The notes under the pieces are model-generated. The model was not told the origin of the DNA, made no database searches, and saw only the letters and a list, made by a program, of their open reading frames with translations. A program made the translations under genes and the position numbers. DNA of 64,000 nucleotides. Origin: Minisyncoccota bacterium (GTDB lineage Bacteria; Patescibacteriota; Minisyncoccia; UBA6257; XYB1-36-10). Of the stretch, positions 10,174 to 18,892 are shown in pieces. Numbering within the stretch: the first letter of the stretch is position 1; each line of letters starts with the position of its first letter. The DNA is taken from contig JBAZJH010000001.1 in the NCBI GenBank assembly GCA_041651415.1, forward strand, positions 215,713 to 279,712, read 5' to 3'.

Positions 10174-11385
10174 TTATTGCTGTTTAATTATTTCCAAAGC
10201 TTTTTCGAGCTGAGGGTCTTTCTTTTGTTCTTTGTCTTCTTCAGTAATTTCAACTTTATAATCAGGTTCAAGACCTTCTTCCTTTAAGATTTGTCCGCTC
10301 GGCAGGACCCACTCGGCGATAGTAAGTTTAACCATAGAGCCATCGGCCAAGTAATTGAGTTCCTGAACAGTTCCTTTGCCGAAAGTTTTCTCGCCGACTA
10401 ATTTCACGCCACGCAAATCGCGAAGAGCGCCGGCCAAAATTTCGGAAGCAGAAGCGGAACCCTTATTGACCAAGATTACCGTTGGAAAATTTTTCAACGC
10501 TTCATTGCCGGTAGCGACAAAATCGTCTTTTTTTCCGTCGCGGAAACGCTCACTGACAACCACTTTGCCATTTTCCACAAACCAGCCGGACAAACGAGTA
10601 GCCACCTCGAGATAACCACCTGGATTGTTTCTTAAATCAAGCACCAGGCCTTTGGCTCCGGAGAATAGCGACTTAATCATGGCTTCATAAAAAAGCGGAA
10701 GAGAATTTTCATTAAAACCCATCAATTTTACATAAGCGATATCCCCTTTCATTTCCCATTCAAGAGTCGGAACTTTTATCACTTCTCTTATAATAGAAAA
10801 ATCTTTTGCCTCTTTGAATCCATCGCGGAAAATAGAAAGAATAACCTTTGTGCCGACATCCCCTCTTATTTTTTTAACAGCAGAATTGGCATCCAAAGAA
10901 CTGATTTCTTCTCCATCTACTTTAAGAATAAAATCTCCAGCTAAAAGCCCGGCGCGTTCAGCAGGAGTATCTTTTAAAGGAGCAACAACAACTAAACGCC
11001 CATTTTTTGATTCAATCTCCATACCCACGCCGCCAAAAGAGCCTTTAACATCTTCTTCAAATTTTTGCGAATCCTCAGGAGGAAGAAAAACAGAATAAGG
11101 GTCTTTTAATGAAGAAACAAGCCCGGCCATGGCACCATACATTAAATCTTTATCTTTAACTTTTTCGCCGGCTATATGCTTTTCTTTAATCATTCCCCAA
11201 ACTTCCCAGAAAGGATTCAAGCTGATTCCTTCTTTATTTTCAACCCCTTCCCCGCCGGAAGTTTTTATTTCTTGAAACTTTTGCGCGCCAAAATAAAAAC
11301 CAAGATAGAAAGCGAAATAAACCGCAACAAAAGAAGCGGTGGAAGCGATAATAATTTTTTGATATCTTTTTCTTTTTTCGTCCAT
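10174..11385 (-). CDS. ctpA: Carboxyl-terminal processing protease (S41, PDZ)
   Basis: [26 protein letters not shown] and TFGKGTVQ motifs. Confidence 0.93.
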   Translation of the reverse strand: MDEKRKRYQKIIIASTASFVAVYFAFYLGFYFGAQKFQEIKTSGGEGVENKEGISLNPFWEVWGMIKEKHIAGEKVKDKDLMYGAMAGLVSSLKDPYSVFLPPEDSQKFEEDVKGSFGGVGMEIESKNGRLVVVAPLKDTPAERAGLLAGDFILKVDGEEISSLDANSAVKKIRGDVGTKVILSIFRDGFKEAKDFSIIREVIKVPTLEWEMKGDIAYVKLMGFNENSLPLFYEAMIKSLFSGAKGLVLDLRNNPGGYLEVATRLSGWFVENGKVVVSERFRDGKKDDFVATGNEALKNFPTVILVNKGSASASEILAGALRDLRGVKLVGEKTFGKGTVQELNYLADGSMVKLTIAEWVLPSGQILKEEGLEPDYKVEITEEDKEQKKDPQLEKALEIIKQQ

Positions 11386-11470
11386 AAGTTTAGATTCTTT
11401 TATTTTAGCAAGGTAATTAAAAGCGAGCAAGCAGGTTGCTTTTAATGAAAGGCGAGATAAGATAAAAGCG

Positions 11471-11737
11471 ATGGAAGGCGTAGAAAAAGAAAAATACCTG
11501 GAAGAAATAAAAAAACGGAAGAAAAAATCCCGCGTTTATAAAAGATTCCAATTGATCGGACTTGAGATTGCCATGCATCTTGAAGACGAGAAGCACAAAT
11601 CGCTTTATATAAAAATGGCGAAATTCGGCGACTCGGATAAATTGCTCGCTCTTGCAAAAAATATCGGGGAGAATAAAAAAGCAAAAAATAAAGGAGCTTA
11701 TTTTATGAAAATGGCTATAAAAAAACTGGAAAAATGA
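11471..11737 (+). CDS. Conserved hypothetical basic protein
   Basis: Clean 88-aa ORF (FQLIGLEIA..L.D..HKSLYIK...GAYFM). Confidence 0.6.
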   Translation: MEGVEKEKYLEEIKKRKKKSRVYKRFQLIGLEIAMHLEDEKHKSLYIKMAKFGDSDKLLALAKNIGENKKAKNKGAYFMKMAIKKLEK

Positions 11738-11858
11738 AACTCCACGGCCTTACGGCCGTGGTATCCTGAGTTTCACCCCGCAGAAAGGCGGGGTTTATTA
11801 AATCTTTACCGCTTCATCCCCGCGCTAACGCGCGGGGTTTTTGCAAAGATTTAATAAA
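11735..11858 (+). repeat. REP/MITE-like repeat family 1, reference copy
   Basis: Three hairpin modules: ccacggccttacggccgtgg, ccccgcagaaaggcgggg, and ttattaaatcttt...ccccgcgctaacgcgcgggg...aaagatttaataa. Confidence 0.85.
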
Positions 11859-11892
11859 TCCCCTTGGCGGAAAATTCCGTCAAGGGGTGTTT

Positions 11893-12036
11893 TTAATTTA
11901 AACTTATTCCTTTCTTTATTTCTTCGTTTTTAAAAAAATCAAAAATGTTTTTTATTTCCGCCTGAACTTTTTCAAGGACTTGATCCCAATCAAAACAATT
12001 GGGACAAACAAAAACAGAAGCTACCGATACGTTCAT
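11893..12036 (-). CDS. 47-aa small protein with a CPNC motif
   Basis: Strong SD AGGAGG; MNVSVASVFVCPNCFDWDQVLEKVQAEIKNIFDFFKNEEIKKGISLN. Confidence 0.55.
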   Translation of the reverse strand: MNVSVASVFVCPNCFDWDQVLEKVQAEIKNIFDFFKNEEIKKGISLN

Positions 12037-12174
12037 TTCCTTCCTCCTTTTTATGTTTATATTTGCCAAAAAGCTTTTGATACAATAATATAAAGAAAAG
12101 GAAAAGTAAAGATTTAATAATCAAGCGATTCCGACCCAAGTCGGAGCGCAAAGCGAAATTTATATAAATTTGGC

Positions 12175-12684
12175 ATGAAAATTCTAACGATTGAAAAAAG
12201 AGAGGAGGAAAAGTTTCTGCGGAAGAAAACCGCGGAGTTTGATTTTTCCAAGTTTTCCAAAAAAGAAATAAATGAACTTCTCAAGGAAATGAGGAAAACG
12301 ATGAAAGAGAAAGACGGAGTGGGGCTCGCCGCCAATCAAGCCGGTTTTCTTTTTTCCATGTTTGTGGCGGAATCCCCCGCGCAAGGCGCCACGAGAAAAA
12401 GATTTTACGCGGTGTTTAATCCGAAAATAGAAAAAGTTTCCAAAGAAACGGAAAAGGATATTGAAGGTTGCTTAAGCGTGCCGGAAGTGATGGGAGAAGT
12501 GGAAAGATATAAAAAAATAACCGTTTCGGGATTTGACAGAAACGGCAAAAAAACAAAATTAAAAGTTTTTGGGTATACGGCAAGAATTTTTCAACATGAA
12601 ATCGACCACTTGAACGGAATTCTTTTTATTGACCGAGCTTCAAAAAAATTCAAAGTAACGGGAGAAAAAGTGATGAGAGGATAA
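12175..12684 (+). CDS. def: Peptide deformylase
   Basis: GVGLAANQ, EGCLS and QHEIDHLNG motifs. Confidence 0.96.
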   Translation: MKILTIEKREEEKFLRKKTAEFDFSKFSKKEINELLKEMRKTMKEKDGVGLAANQAGFLFSMFVAESPAQGATRKRFYAVFNPKIEKVSKETEKDIEGCLSVPEVMGEVERYKKITVSGFDRNGKKTKLKVFGYTARIFQHEIDHLNGILFIDRASKKFKVTGEKVMRG

Positions 12685-12731
12685 AAATAAAAATATTAAT
12701 ACTTAATAATACATTGTAGTGACGCATTAGA

Positions 12732-12917
12732 CTAGTTTGATTCAAGAGGTGGTGAAAACTTTATTATTTTTTCCTCAATAGAAAGAGGTTGAGATTTGAT
12801 TTTGTTTTCTCTATCTTTTTTAACTATTCTCTCTGATTCAGAAATTGTTATTCTTATTTTTATATCTTGATTATTAGGAGAAATTGCCATTATGTTTTTT
12901 AATGAATGATATTGCAT
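12732..12917 (-). CDS. Small hypothetical protein in the AT-rich insert
   Basis: 61-aa ORF starting 12 nt after the protease stop, co-oriented. Confidence 0.45.
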   Translation of the reverse strand: MQYHSLKNIMAISPNNQDIKIRITISESERIVKKDRENKIKSQPLSIEEKIIKFSPPLESN

Positions 12918-12929
12918 ATTATTTAAGTT

Positions 12930-13826
12930 TTAATTTATTTCAGTATTAGCTAATTTAGATTCTTTTAATACAAAATCAATATAAACGTTTTCTTTACCCA
13001 AAACAAAATTATTTGATATTTGATTTAAAGTTTGTTCATATTCATTACCAAATTCTGTTGATTTTTTAATATTCGATAAAAATCTAGAAATTAAATCATA
13101 GTCAATTACATATCCATGATCAGGACAACCATTAACTAAATAATCAACGAGTATATTTTTATTTTCGTTTGAAATATCAGGATTGTAAAGTGATAAAATT
13201 CTTCGAGCATATTGTTCACCAATATCTAATTTTCTATTTTTATCTCCTATTTTGTACGGATTTATTTGTTTTAAGAGTGGTTCGTAAAATTTTGCTAAAT
13301 AATCAAGAATTTGTTTAGAAAGTTCATTTTTATTAATATGAATAAGATCACTCGTGTATAAGTCGGTAAACATTTTTAAATATAATTCTCGCGAACGAGT
13401 TTCTATTCTATTTAGTGAGTTTTCATCTATTAATGCACTTTCACTTTCAATATCTGGTCTATCATCTAATTCCTTTGGAATTTGCACATCTATCGGACCA
13501 AATTCACCGAACTCATCCATTATAATTTGAGAACCCCCTAACGAAAGTAATGTAGCGGCACTTTTTGCCCAAAAAGGTACAATAATATTTACTTTTGAAA
13601 AGTTTTTTCGAAGAGTCCTGATAATCCTATAAGCATCATCAGCACTTCCACCTGGTGAGTTTATAATAAAATCAATTTCATTAGAGAGAGGATTATCAAA
13701 TTTAAATTGTTGAATTTTTCCTCTTAATTTCATGAGAGTTTTAGGATTAATAACCTCAACAAATAGAAATTGCGGAATTTTCCTAATCTCTGATAGTTTT
13801 TTAATAAGTGATATGATTTCATCCAT
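12930..13826 (-). CDS. ClpP-class/SDH-type serine protease (SppA/S49-like)
   Basis: INSPGGS, AKSAATLLSLG, GPIDVQ and DHGYVID motifs; markedly AT-rich. Confidence 0.8.
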   Translation of the reverse strand: MDEIISLIKKLSEIRKIPQFLFVEVINPKTLMKLRGKIQQFKFDNPLSNEIDFIINSPGGSADDAYRIIRTLRKNFSKVNIIVPFWAKSAATLLSLGGSQIIMDEFGEFGPIDVQIPKELDDRPDIESESALIDENSLNRIETRSRELYLKMFTDLYTSDLIHINKNELSKQILDYLAKFYEPLLKQINPYKIGDKNRKLDIGEQYARRILSLYNPDISNENKNILVDYLVNGCPDHGYVIDYDLISRFLSNIKKSTEFGNEYEQTLNQISNNFVLGKENVYIDFVLKESKLANTEIN

Positions 13827-13962
13827 ATGCCTAAAGTTTACATTGAGTGAAGCGAAATGCAAACTAGAGTGAAGCTCGATGAAATATTACTTATAACATC
13901 CATTATTTATAAGCTTTTTTTGGTTTTTTTGGCTCATTTTAGATAATAATTAGGTGTAGTGC

Positions 13963-13991
13963 TTGACATATTATTTAAAGTATGATATATT
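13963..13991 (+). promoter_or_regulatory. Sigma70-type promoter
   Basis: TTGACA-17-(TGa)TATATT. Confidence 0.55.
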
Positions 13992-14147
13992 ATATTTATA
14001 ATTAAAAGTTCTTTAAAAATAAGTAAAGTTTCCTACATAGCTTTGAGTTGATTATTTTAGTCACCTGCAAGCTGTGTGGGAAAATTTTCTCATTCAGCCA
14101 AACTATAGGTTGGCCGCTAATAACCTACTAAAAAAGCGGAGAAAAAA

Positions 14148-14372
14148 ATGAGAATCGTATTGAATACGAAAATTAGCGTTGGTTTTTTGGGGGGGAGTTG
14201 CCGGGAATTTGGTCCAGAAGCAAATTTTTTTCCCGAGAAATGCGTTTGCAAATCGTGGGGAGTAATTGCAAGCGGATCAATGACGCCCACTGGCAAGGGC
14301 TCAGAAACAAAAGAGCCCTACAAAATATATCTCCCATGGCACGTGATTATGTCGATGAATGAGACATATTAA
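14148..14372 (+). CDS. Small hypothetical protein (74 aa)
   Basis: SD ggag, own promoter, structured leader and terminator at about 14391-14430. Confidence 0.55.
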   Translation: MRIVLNTKISVGFLGGSCREFGPEANFFPEKCVCKSWGVIASGSMTPTGKGSETKEPYKIYLPWHVIMSMNETY

Positions 14373-14730
14373 TTAGTAGCATACATCAATCCCTGCACAA
14401 AGGTTCTAATCCTGCGTGTAGGGGTTTTTCTTTCCCAAAAAAACTAAAAAGAGCTCAATTTAAAAATAGAAATTATAAACAATATTTTATCGGGCGCAGC
14501 CAGATATACGGTGTTAGATAATGTAGCGACTGCAAGGAGCTATTTTATCTAACTCGTTTATATGCGAAGTGTTTTCGTATATTAAACACAATAATGCACT
14601 TTTTGCGAATATTGTGTATGATTTAGTTATACTAAAAATATCAATGAGCGTCTATTTAAAAAACTTGAATATGAATCGCAGCTTCGCAAATTTAGCTTTA
14701 AAACTATAAAAAATCCTTTAATATAAAATT

Positions 14731-15594
14731 ATGAAATTCGTATTTTGGGGGACACCGAGGTTTGCGGAAATTGTTCTAAAGGAACTGCTCCAGGCGGGAT
14801 TCAAGCCGGAGACAGTGGTTTGCAATCCTGACCGATTAGTCGGAAGAAAAAAAATACTCACTCCCCCGCCAGTAAAGATATTAGCGGAAGAAAAAGGCAT
14901 AAAAGTTTTTCAGCCGGAAATTTTAGATGAAAATTTTATAGAAGAACTGAAAAAAATAAATCCGGATTTTTTTGCGGTGGCGGCTTACGCCAAAATAATT
15001 CCGAAAGAAATCTTGGAAATTCCCCGACTCGGTTCGATAGGAATTCATCCATCGCTATTGCCGGATTTAAGAGGAGCAACTCCTATACAAACCGCCATTA
15101 TAAAGGGCTATAAAGAATCGGGAGTGTCTTTATACTTAATGGATGAAAAGATGGACCATGGGCCAATTTTAGGGCAAAAAGGGGTGATTTTGGAGACAAA
15201 AGGGCAAAAAATGGGCTATTTAGAAGCGGAAAAAGCTTTAGGAGAAGAGGGAGGAAAGCTGATAGCTAAAATCCTGCCTGATTTTATAAACGGCAAAATA
15301 GAGCCGAAAGAACAAAATCACGAAAAAGCCACTTTCACTAAAAAAATAAAGACCGAAGACGGATTGGTTGAGATTGAAGATTTAAAAGAAGCTCTAAACG
15401 GAAATCCGGAAAAAGCGAAAGAAATAGAGAAAAAGATTTTAGCGTTTAATCCGGAACCGGGAGTTTATGTTTTAAATCCAAAAAGAATAAAACTTTTGGA
15501 GGCAGAGATAAAAGAAGAGATATTAGTTTTAAAGAAAATCCAAATAGAAGGGAAAAAGCCGGTGGAAAAGTTCAGTATTGATATTTTTAAGTGA
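14731..15594 (+). CDS. fmt: Methionyl-tRNA formyltransferase
   Basis: FWGTP.FA, PDR..GR, IHPSLLP..RGATPIQ and MDHGPI motifs. Confidence 0.95.
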   Translation: MKFVFWGTPRFAEIVLKELLQAGFKPETVVCNPDRLVGRKKILTPPPVKILAEEKGIKVFQPEILDENFIEELKKINPDFFAVAAYAKIIPKEILEIPRLGSIGIHPSLLPDLRGATPIQTAIIKGYKESGVSLYLMDEKMDHGPILGQKGVILETKGQKMGYLEAEKALGEEGGKLIAKILPDFINGKIEPKEQNHEKATFTKKIKTEDGLVEIEDLKEALNGNPEKAKEIEKKILAFNPEPGVYVLNPKRIKLLEAEIKEEILVLKKIQIEGKKPVEKFSIDIFK

Positions 15595-15891
15595 AGAGAT
15601 TTAATTAAAGAAGAACGGGGGTGGAATTTCTCCTGTCGGTGTTTGGGATGTAGGCAAGTGTTATAGTTTGGTTTTTGCACTTTTTTCTTTCAGCAGGCGA
15701 AGAGCAGACGCCTGCTTTTTTTGCCTCTTGCTTTATTATCGGTTTTAGGTTATAATGACCTTGGTTTGTGGTAAGAGTTTCTCAAAGTGCTTTTTCTAAC
15801 AAATCTGGCATTTTAAAAAAGTTCCGGATAAAAGTAAAAAGCGGCCGAGAGGGGGTCGCCTTACGCAATCTAAAATAAGAATTATATAAAA

Positions 15892-16149
15892 GTGAATAAG
15901 AAATTATTTATCGGAGGCCTTCCTTGGAAAGTTACCGATAAAGATTTGTCTGACGCTTTCAGCGAAGCCGGCACAGTTGAATCAGCTTCCGTCGTCATTG
16001 ATAAAATGACAGGACGTTCAAGAGGATTCGGATTTGTGGAAATGGCTACTGAGGAAGACGCCCAGAAAGCCATCGAAATGTGGAATGGCAGAGAAATGGG
16101 AGGAAGAAACCTCGTAGTCAACGAAGCTAAACCGAAAGTGGAAAGATAA
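15892..16149 (+). CDS. Single-RRM RNA-binding protein
   Basis: RNP2 LFIGGL, RNP1 RGFGFVEM, VVNEA. Confidence 0.93.
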   Translation: MNKKLFIGGLPWKVTDKDLSDAFSEAGTVESASVVIDKMTGRSRGFGFVEMATEEDAQKAIEMWNGREMGGRNLVVNEAKPKVER

Positions 16150-16359
16150 GCTAAAAAAATACCCTGACGAAAGTCGGGGTGTTTTTTTAAAATAGATGGC
16201 CCCAGGGTTCCAGTCTGGGGCCTTCATGCATTCTCGGGAGAATGCATGATGTACCGCTTTTATTAAAACAGAAAGAAATAGAAAAAGCAAGAAGTTTTCC
16301 ACAGGACAAAAAAAGAGGAAAACCTTTACTTTTCTAAAAAAATAAAATAGAATGAAAAT

Positions 16360-16480
16360 CAGCATAACCGTTTGCCCCTCCTTATCCTATTCTCACTCCT
16401 GGAGCTCTAGGGAGCCCCGGCAAACGTTTACCTCTTGCCCCGAATGAGAGTCCCCTCACTCTAGTTCGGGGCTTTTTTTT
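16360..16480 (+). ncRNA. Candidate ~120-nt small RNA
   Basis: TTTACT-17-TAGAAT promoter, cgtttgcc/ggcaaacg stem, gccccgaa/ttcggggc-T8 terminator. Confidence 0.35.
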
Positions 16481-16502
16481 AATAAATCTCCACTATAAGG
16501 TT

Positions 16503-16925
16503 TTATTCGGATATTTTATTGGGGGCCGAAGAAGACGGCTTGATTTGAACCGAGTCAGCTATAAAACTTCCGTCGGAATTTGATTTTCCGGAAACTGAAA
16601 CATTACCGCCGACTATTAAATCCCCTTTTTCGCCTTCAGCTGATTTTAGAATCGAAGCGGAAGCGGGAGTAAAAACAATTTTTGAACCGCCGGTTGGAAG
16701 TTTAACGATTATGCTTTCTTCATCCTTAGAAATTATTTCACCCGTTATCATTACGCTATTTTGATTTTTAACGCCACCCGAAAAACCGGACCCAGGGAGA
16801 CGAGCTTGCAGATTGCCGGTGAAAGCAGCCGTTCTTTTTGATTCGCCATATTTAACTCCGGAATAAAACAAACCGATTCCTAAAAGAACGGCGGCGATTG
16901 ATAATAAATAAATATTTTTTTTCAT
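16503..16925 (-). CDS. Membrane-anchored OB-fold-like (DUF5666-like) protein
   Basis: N-terminal TM; GEIISKD...GGSKIV...DL.VG.NV.V.G..NSDGS..A.SVQI. Confidence 0.6.
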   Translation of the reverse strand: MKKNIYLLSIAAVLLGIGLFYSGVKYGESKRTAAFTGNLQARLPGSGFSGGVKNQNSVMITGEIISKDEESIIVKLPTGGSKIVFTPASASILKSAEGEKGDLIVGGNVSVSGKSNSDGSFIADSVQIKPSSSAPNKISE

Positions 16926-16949
16926 ATCTTTTTAAAATTAATTTTAAAA

Positions 16950-18173
16950 TTATTCGTAGCGCAAGGCCTCAATAGGATTAAGTTCGGAGGCGCGGCGCGC
17001 CGGATAATAACCGAAAGTTATGCCGATGGCGGCGGAAACGCCAAAGGCAATTAAAACGGAATAGAAAGAAACGCTGGTTTCAACTAAATCTAAATAAGAA
17101 ACAAAGAAAGAAACCAGCCAGCCCAAAATTACCCCGATAACTCCGCCGATAAAAGTTAAAGTGATGGCTTCAGCAAGAAATTGGATGCTAATATCTTTCT
17201 TTTTAGCGCCGATGGCTTTTCTCAAACCGATTTCCCTTGTTCTTTCCGTAACAGTGGTGAGCATCATATTCATAATGCCGATACCGCCAACTATAAGAGA
17301 AATACCGGCGACAGCGGCAAGAAGAATAGTGAAAGTTTCTGTGACACTGGAAGCGGTTTCAACCATATCCGCCTGATTCATAACCCGAAAATCAGCAGAT
17401 TCCGCATTTGTAATTTTATGGCGTTTCAAGAGAAGAGCGGTTATCTCTTCTTCAAGAGCAGTCATTGATTCGGAATCATAAGCTTCGGCATAAATGGAAG
17501 AAAGATGATTATCTCCCGCTAAAAATTTTTGGGCAGTGGAAAGCGGAATATAAATCATATCATCTTGATTGTTCATGCCGCTGCCGCCTTTGGTTTCCGT
17601 TATGCCGATAATTTTGAATTCCATACCATTTATTTTTACGGTTTTCCCGACAACGTCCGAAGCTCCTTCACCAAAAAGGTCGTCTCGAGCAGTGGGACCA
17701 AGAACGGCAACTTTGGAAAAAATTTTTTCATTTTGTTCGGAGATAAAGTTTCCTTCACTTGTTTCAATATTGCGAACGGAAGGATAGGAAGTGGAGACAC
17801 CGACAATGGAAGTATTGGTATTTTTTCCTTTAGAAACAACCTGATAACGGGAAGAAAGTTCCGGGGAAACAGCTCTAACAAGTTCAAGCTCGGCTACTGC
17901 GTCGGAGTCTTCTTTTGTTAATGTAGTGGAAGAACCGCGGCTGGAACTCGCCTGATAGCCAATTGATTTTTGCATTCCAGGCATAACGGTAATTAAATTG
18001 GAACCGGCTGATTCTATTTTTTCTTCCACTGAATTTTGCGCTCCTTCGCCGATAGCGACCATAGCAATAACAGAACTAATGCCGATAACAATGCCAAGAA
18101 TAGTAAGACTCGACCTGACTTTGTTAGCCGAGATAGCGATTAGCGTTTCTTCAAATAAATCCCAAATAGTCAT
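16950..18173 (-). CDS. MacB/FtsX-family ABC permease
   Basis: RSSLTILGIVIG, GGIGIMNMML.VTERTREIGLRKAIGA and PIEALRYE. Confidence 0.93.
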   Translation of the reverse strand: MTIWDLFEETLIAISANKVRSSLTILGIVIGISSVIAMVAIGEGAQNSVEEKIESAGSNLITVMPGMQKSIGYQASSSRGSSTTLTKEDSDAVAELELVRAVSPELSSRYQVVSKGKNTNTSIVGVSTSYPSVRNIETSEGNFISEQNEKIFSKVAVLGPTARDDLFGEGASDVVGKTVKINGMEFKIIGITETKGGSGMNNQDDMIYIPLSTAQKFLAGDNHLSSIYAEAYDSESMTALEEEITALLLKRHKITNAESADFRVMNQADMVETASSVTETFTILLAAVAGISLIVGGIGIMNMMLTTVTERTREIGLRKAIGAKKKDISIQFLAEAITLTFIGGVIGVILGWLVSFFVSYLDLVETSVSFYSVLIAFGVSAAIGITFGYYPARRASELNPIEALRYE

Positions 18174-18174
18174 T

Positions 18175-18882
18175 TTAGTTTTTTTTAATTATTCTTTTCT
18201 GATGCTGTTTGGAATCTTCCACAATGACTCCGTCTTTAATATAAATAATGCGTTCGGCGTGTTCCGCCACATCCGATTCGTGAGTGATTAAGATAATGGT
18301 TCTTTTTTCTTCTTCGTTTAATTTTTGAAAAGAGCCGAGAACTATTTCTCCGGTTTTTGAATCCAGATTGCCAGTCGGCTCATCCGCCAGAATTATTGCC
18401 GGGTCATTAACAAGAGCTCTTGCAATCGCCACTCTTTGAATTTGTCCGCCGGAAAGCTGATTGGAAAGATGATAAAAAAAATCTTTGTCCAAACCGGCGG
18501 ATTCCAGCGCTTTTTTAGCTTTCTCTTCCCTTCTTTCTTTAGAGAGTCCGGCATAAATCAAAGGAAGACAAACATTTCTTAAAACAGAAGTCCTCGGCAA
18601 AAGATTAAAAGATTGGAAAACAAAACCGATTTGGTTTTTTCTGATATCAGCCAATTCGTCATCAGTCAATTTGCTCATATCTTTTCCGTTCAAAAAATAA
18701 GAACCGTTAGTCGGCGTGTCCAAAGCTCCAAGAATGTGCATAAGAGTCGATTTGCCACTGCCGGAAGGTCCCATAATCGCCACAAATTCCCCTTCTTTTA
18801 TTTTGAAGCTAACTCCCCGTAGCGCCTGATAATCAAAATCGCCGGTTTTATATGTTTTTTCCACGTCTTTTATCTCAATCAT
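18175..18882 (-). CDS. MacB/LolD-type ABC ATP-binding protein
   Basis: GPSGSGKS, LSGGQ and LADEPTGNLD. Confidence 0.95.
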   Translation of the reverse strand: MIEIKDVEKTYKTGDFDYQALRGVSFKIKEGEFVAIMGPSGSGKSTLMHILGALDTPTNGSYFLNGKDMSKLTDDELADIRKNQIGFVFQSFNLLPRTSVLRNVCLPLIYAGLSKERREEKAKKALESAGLDKDFFYHLSNQLSGGQIQRVAIARALVNDPAIILADEPTGNLDSKTGEIVLGSFQKLNEEEKRTIILITHESDVAEHAERIIYIKDGVIVEDSKQHQKRIIKKN

Positions 18883-18892
18883 TTTTTTATTT

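Noticed and set aside
16018-16365. 115-aa minus-strand ORF
   Set aside because: Overlaps the RRM gene antisense and runs through terminator hairpins; low-complexity Phe-rich translation
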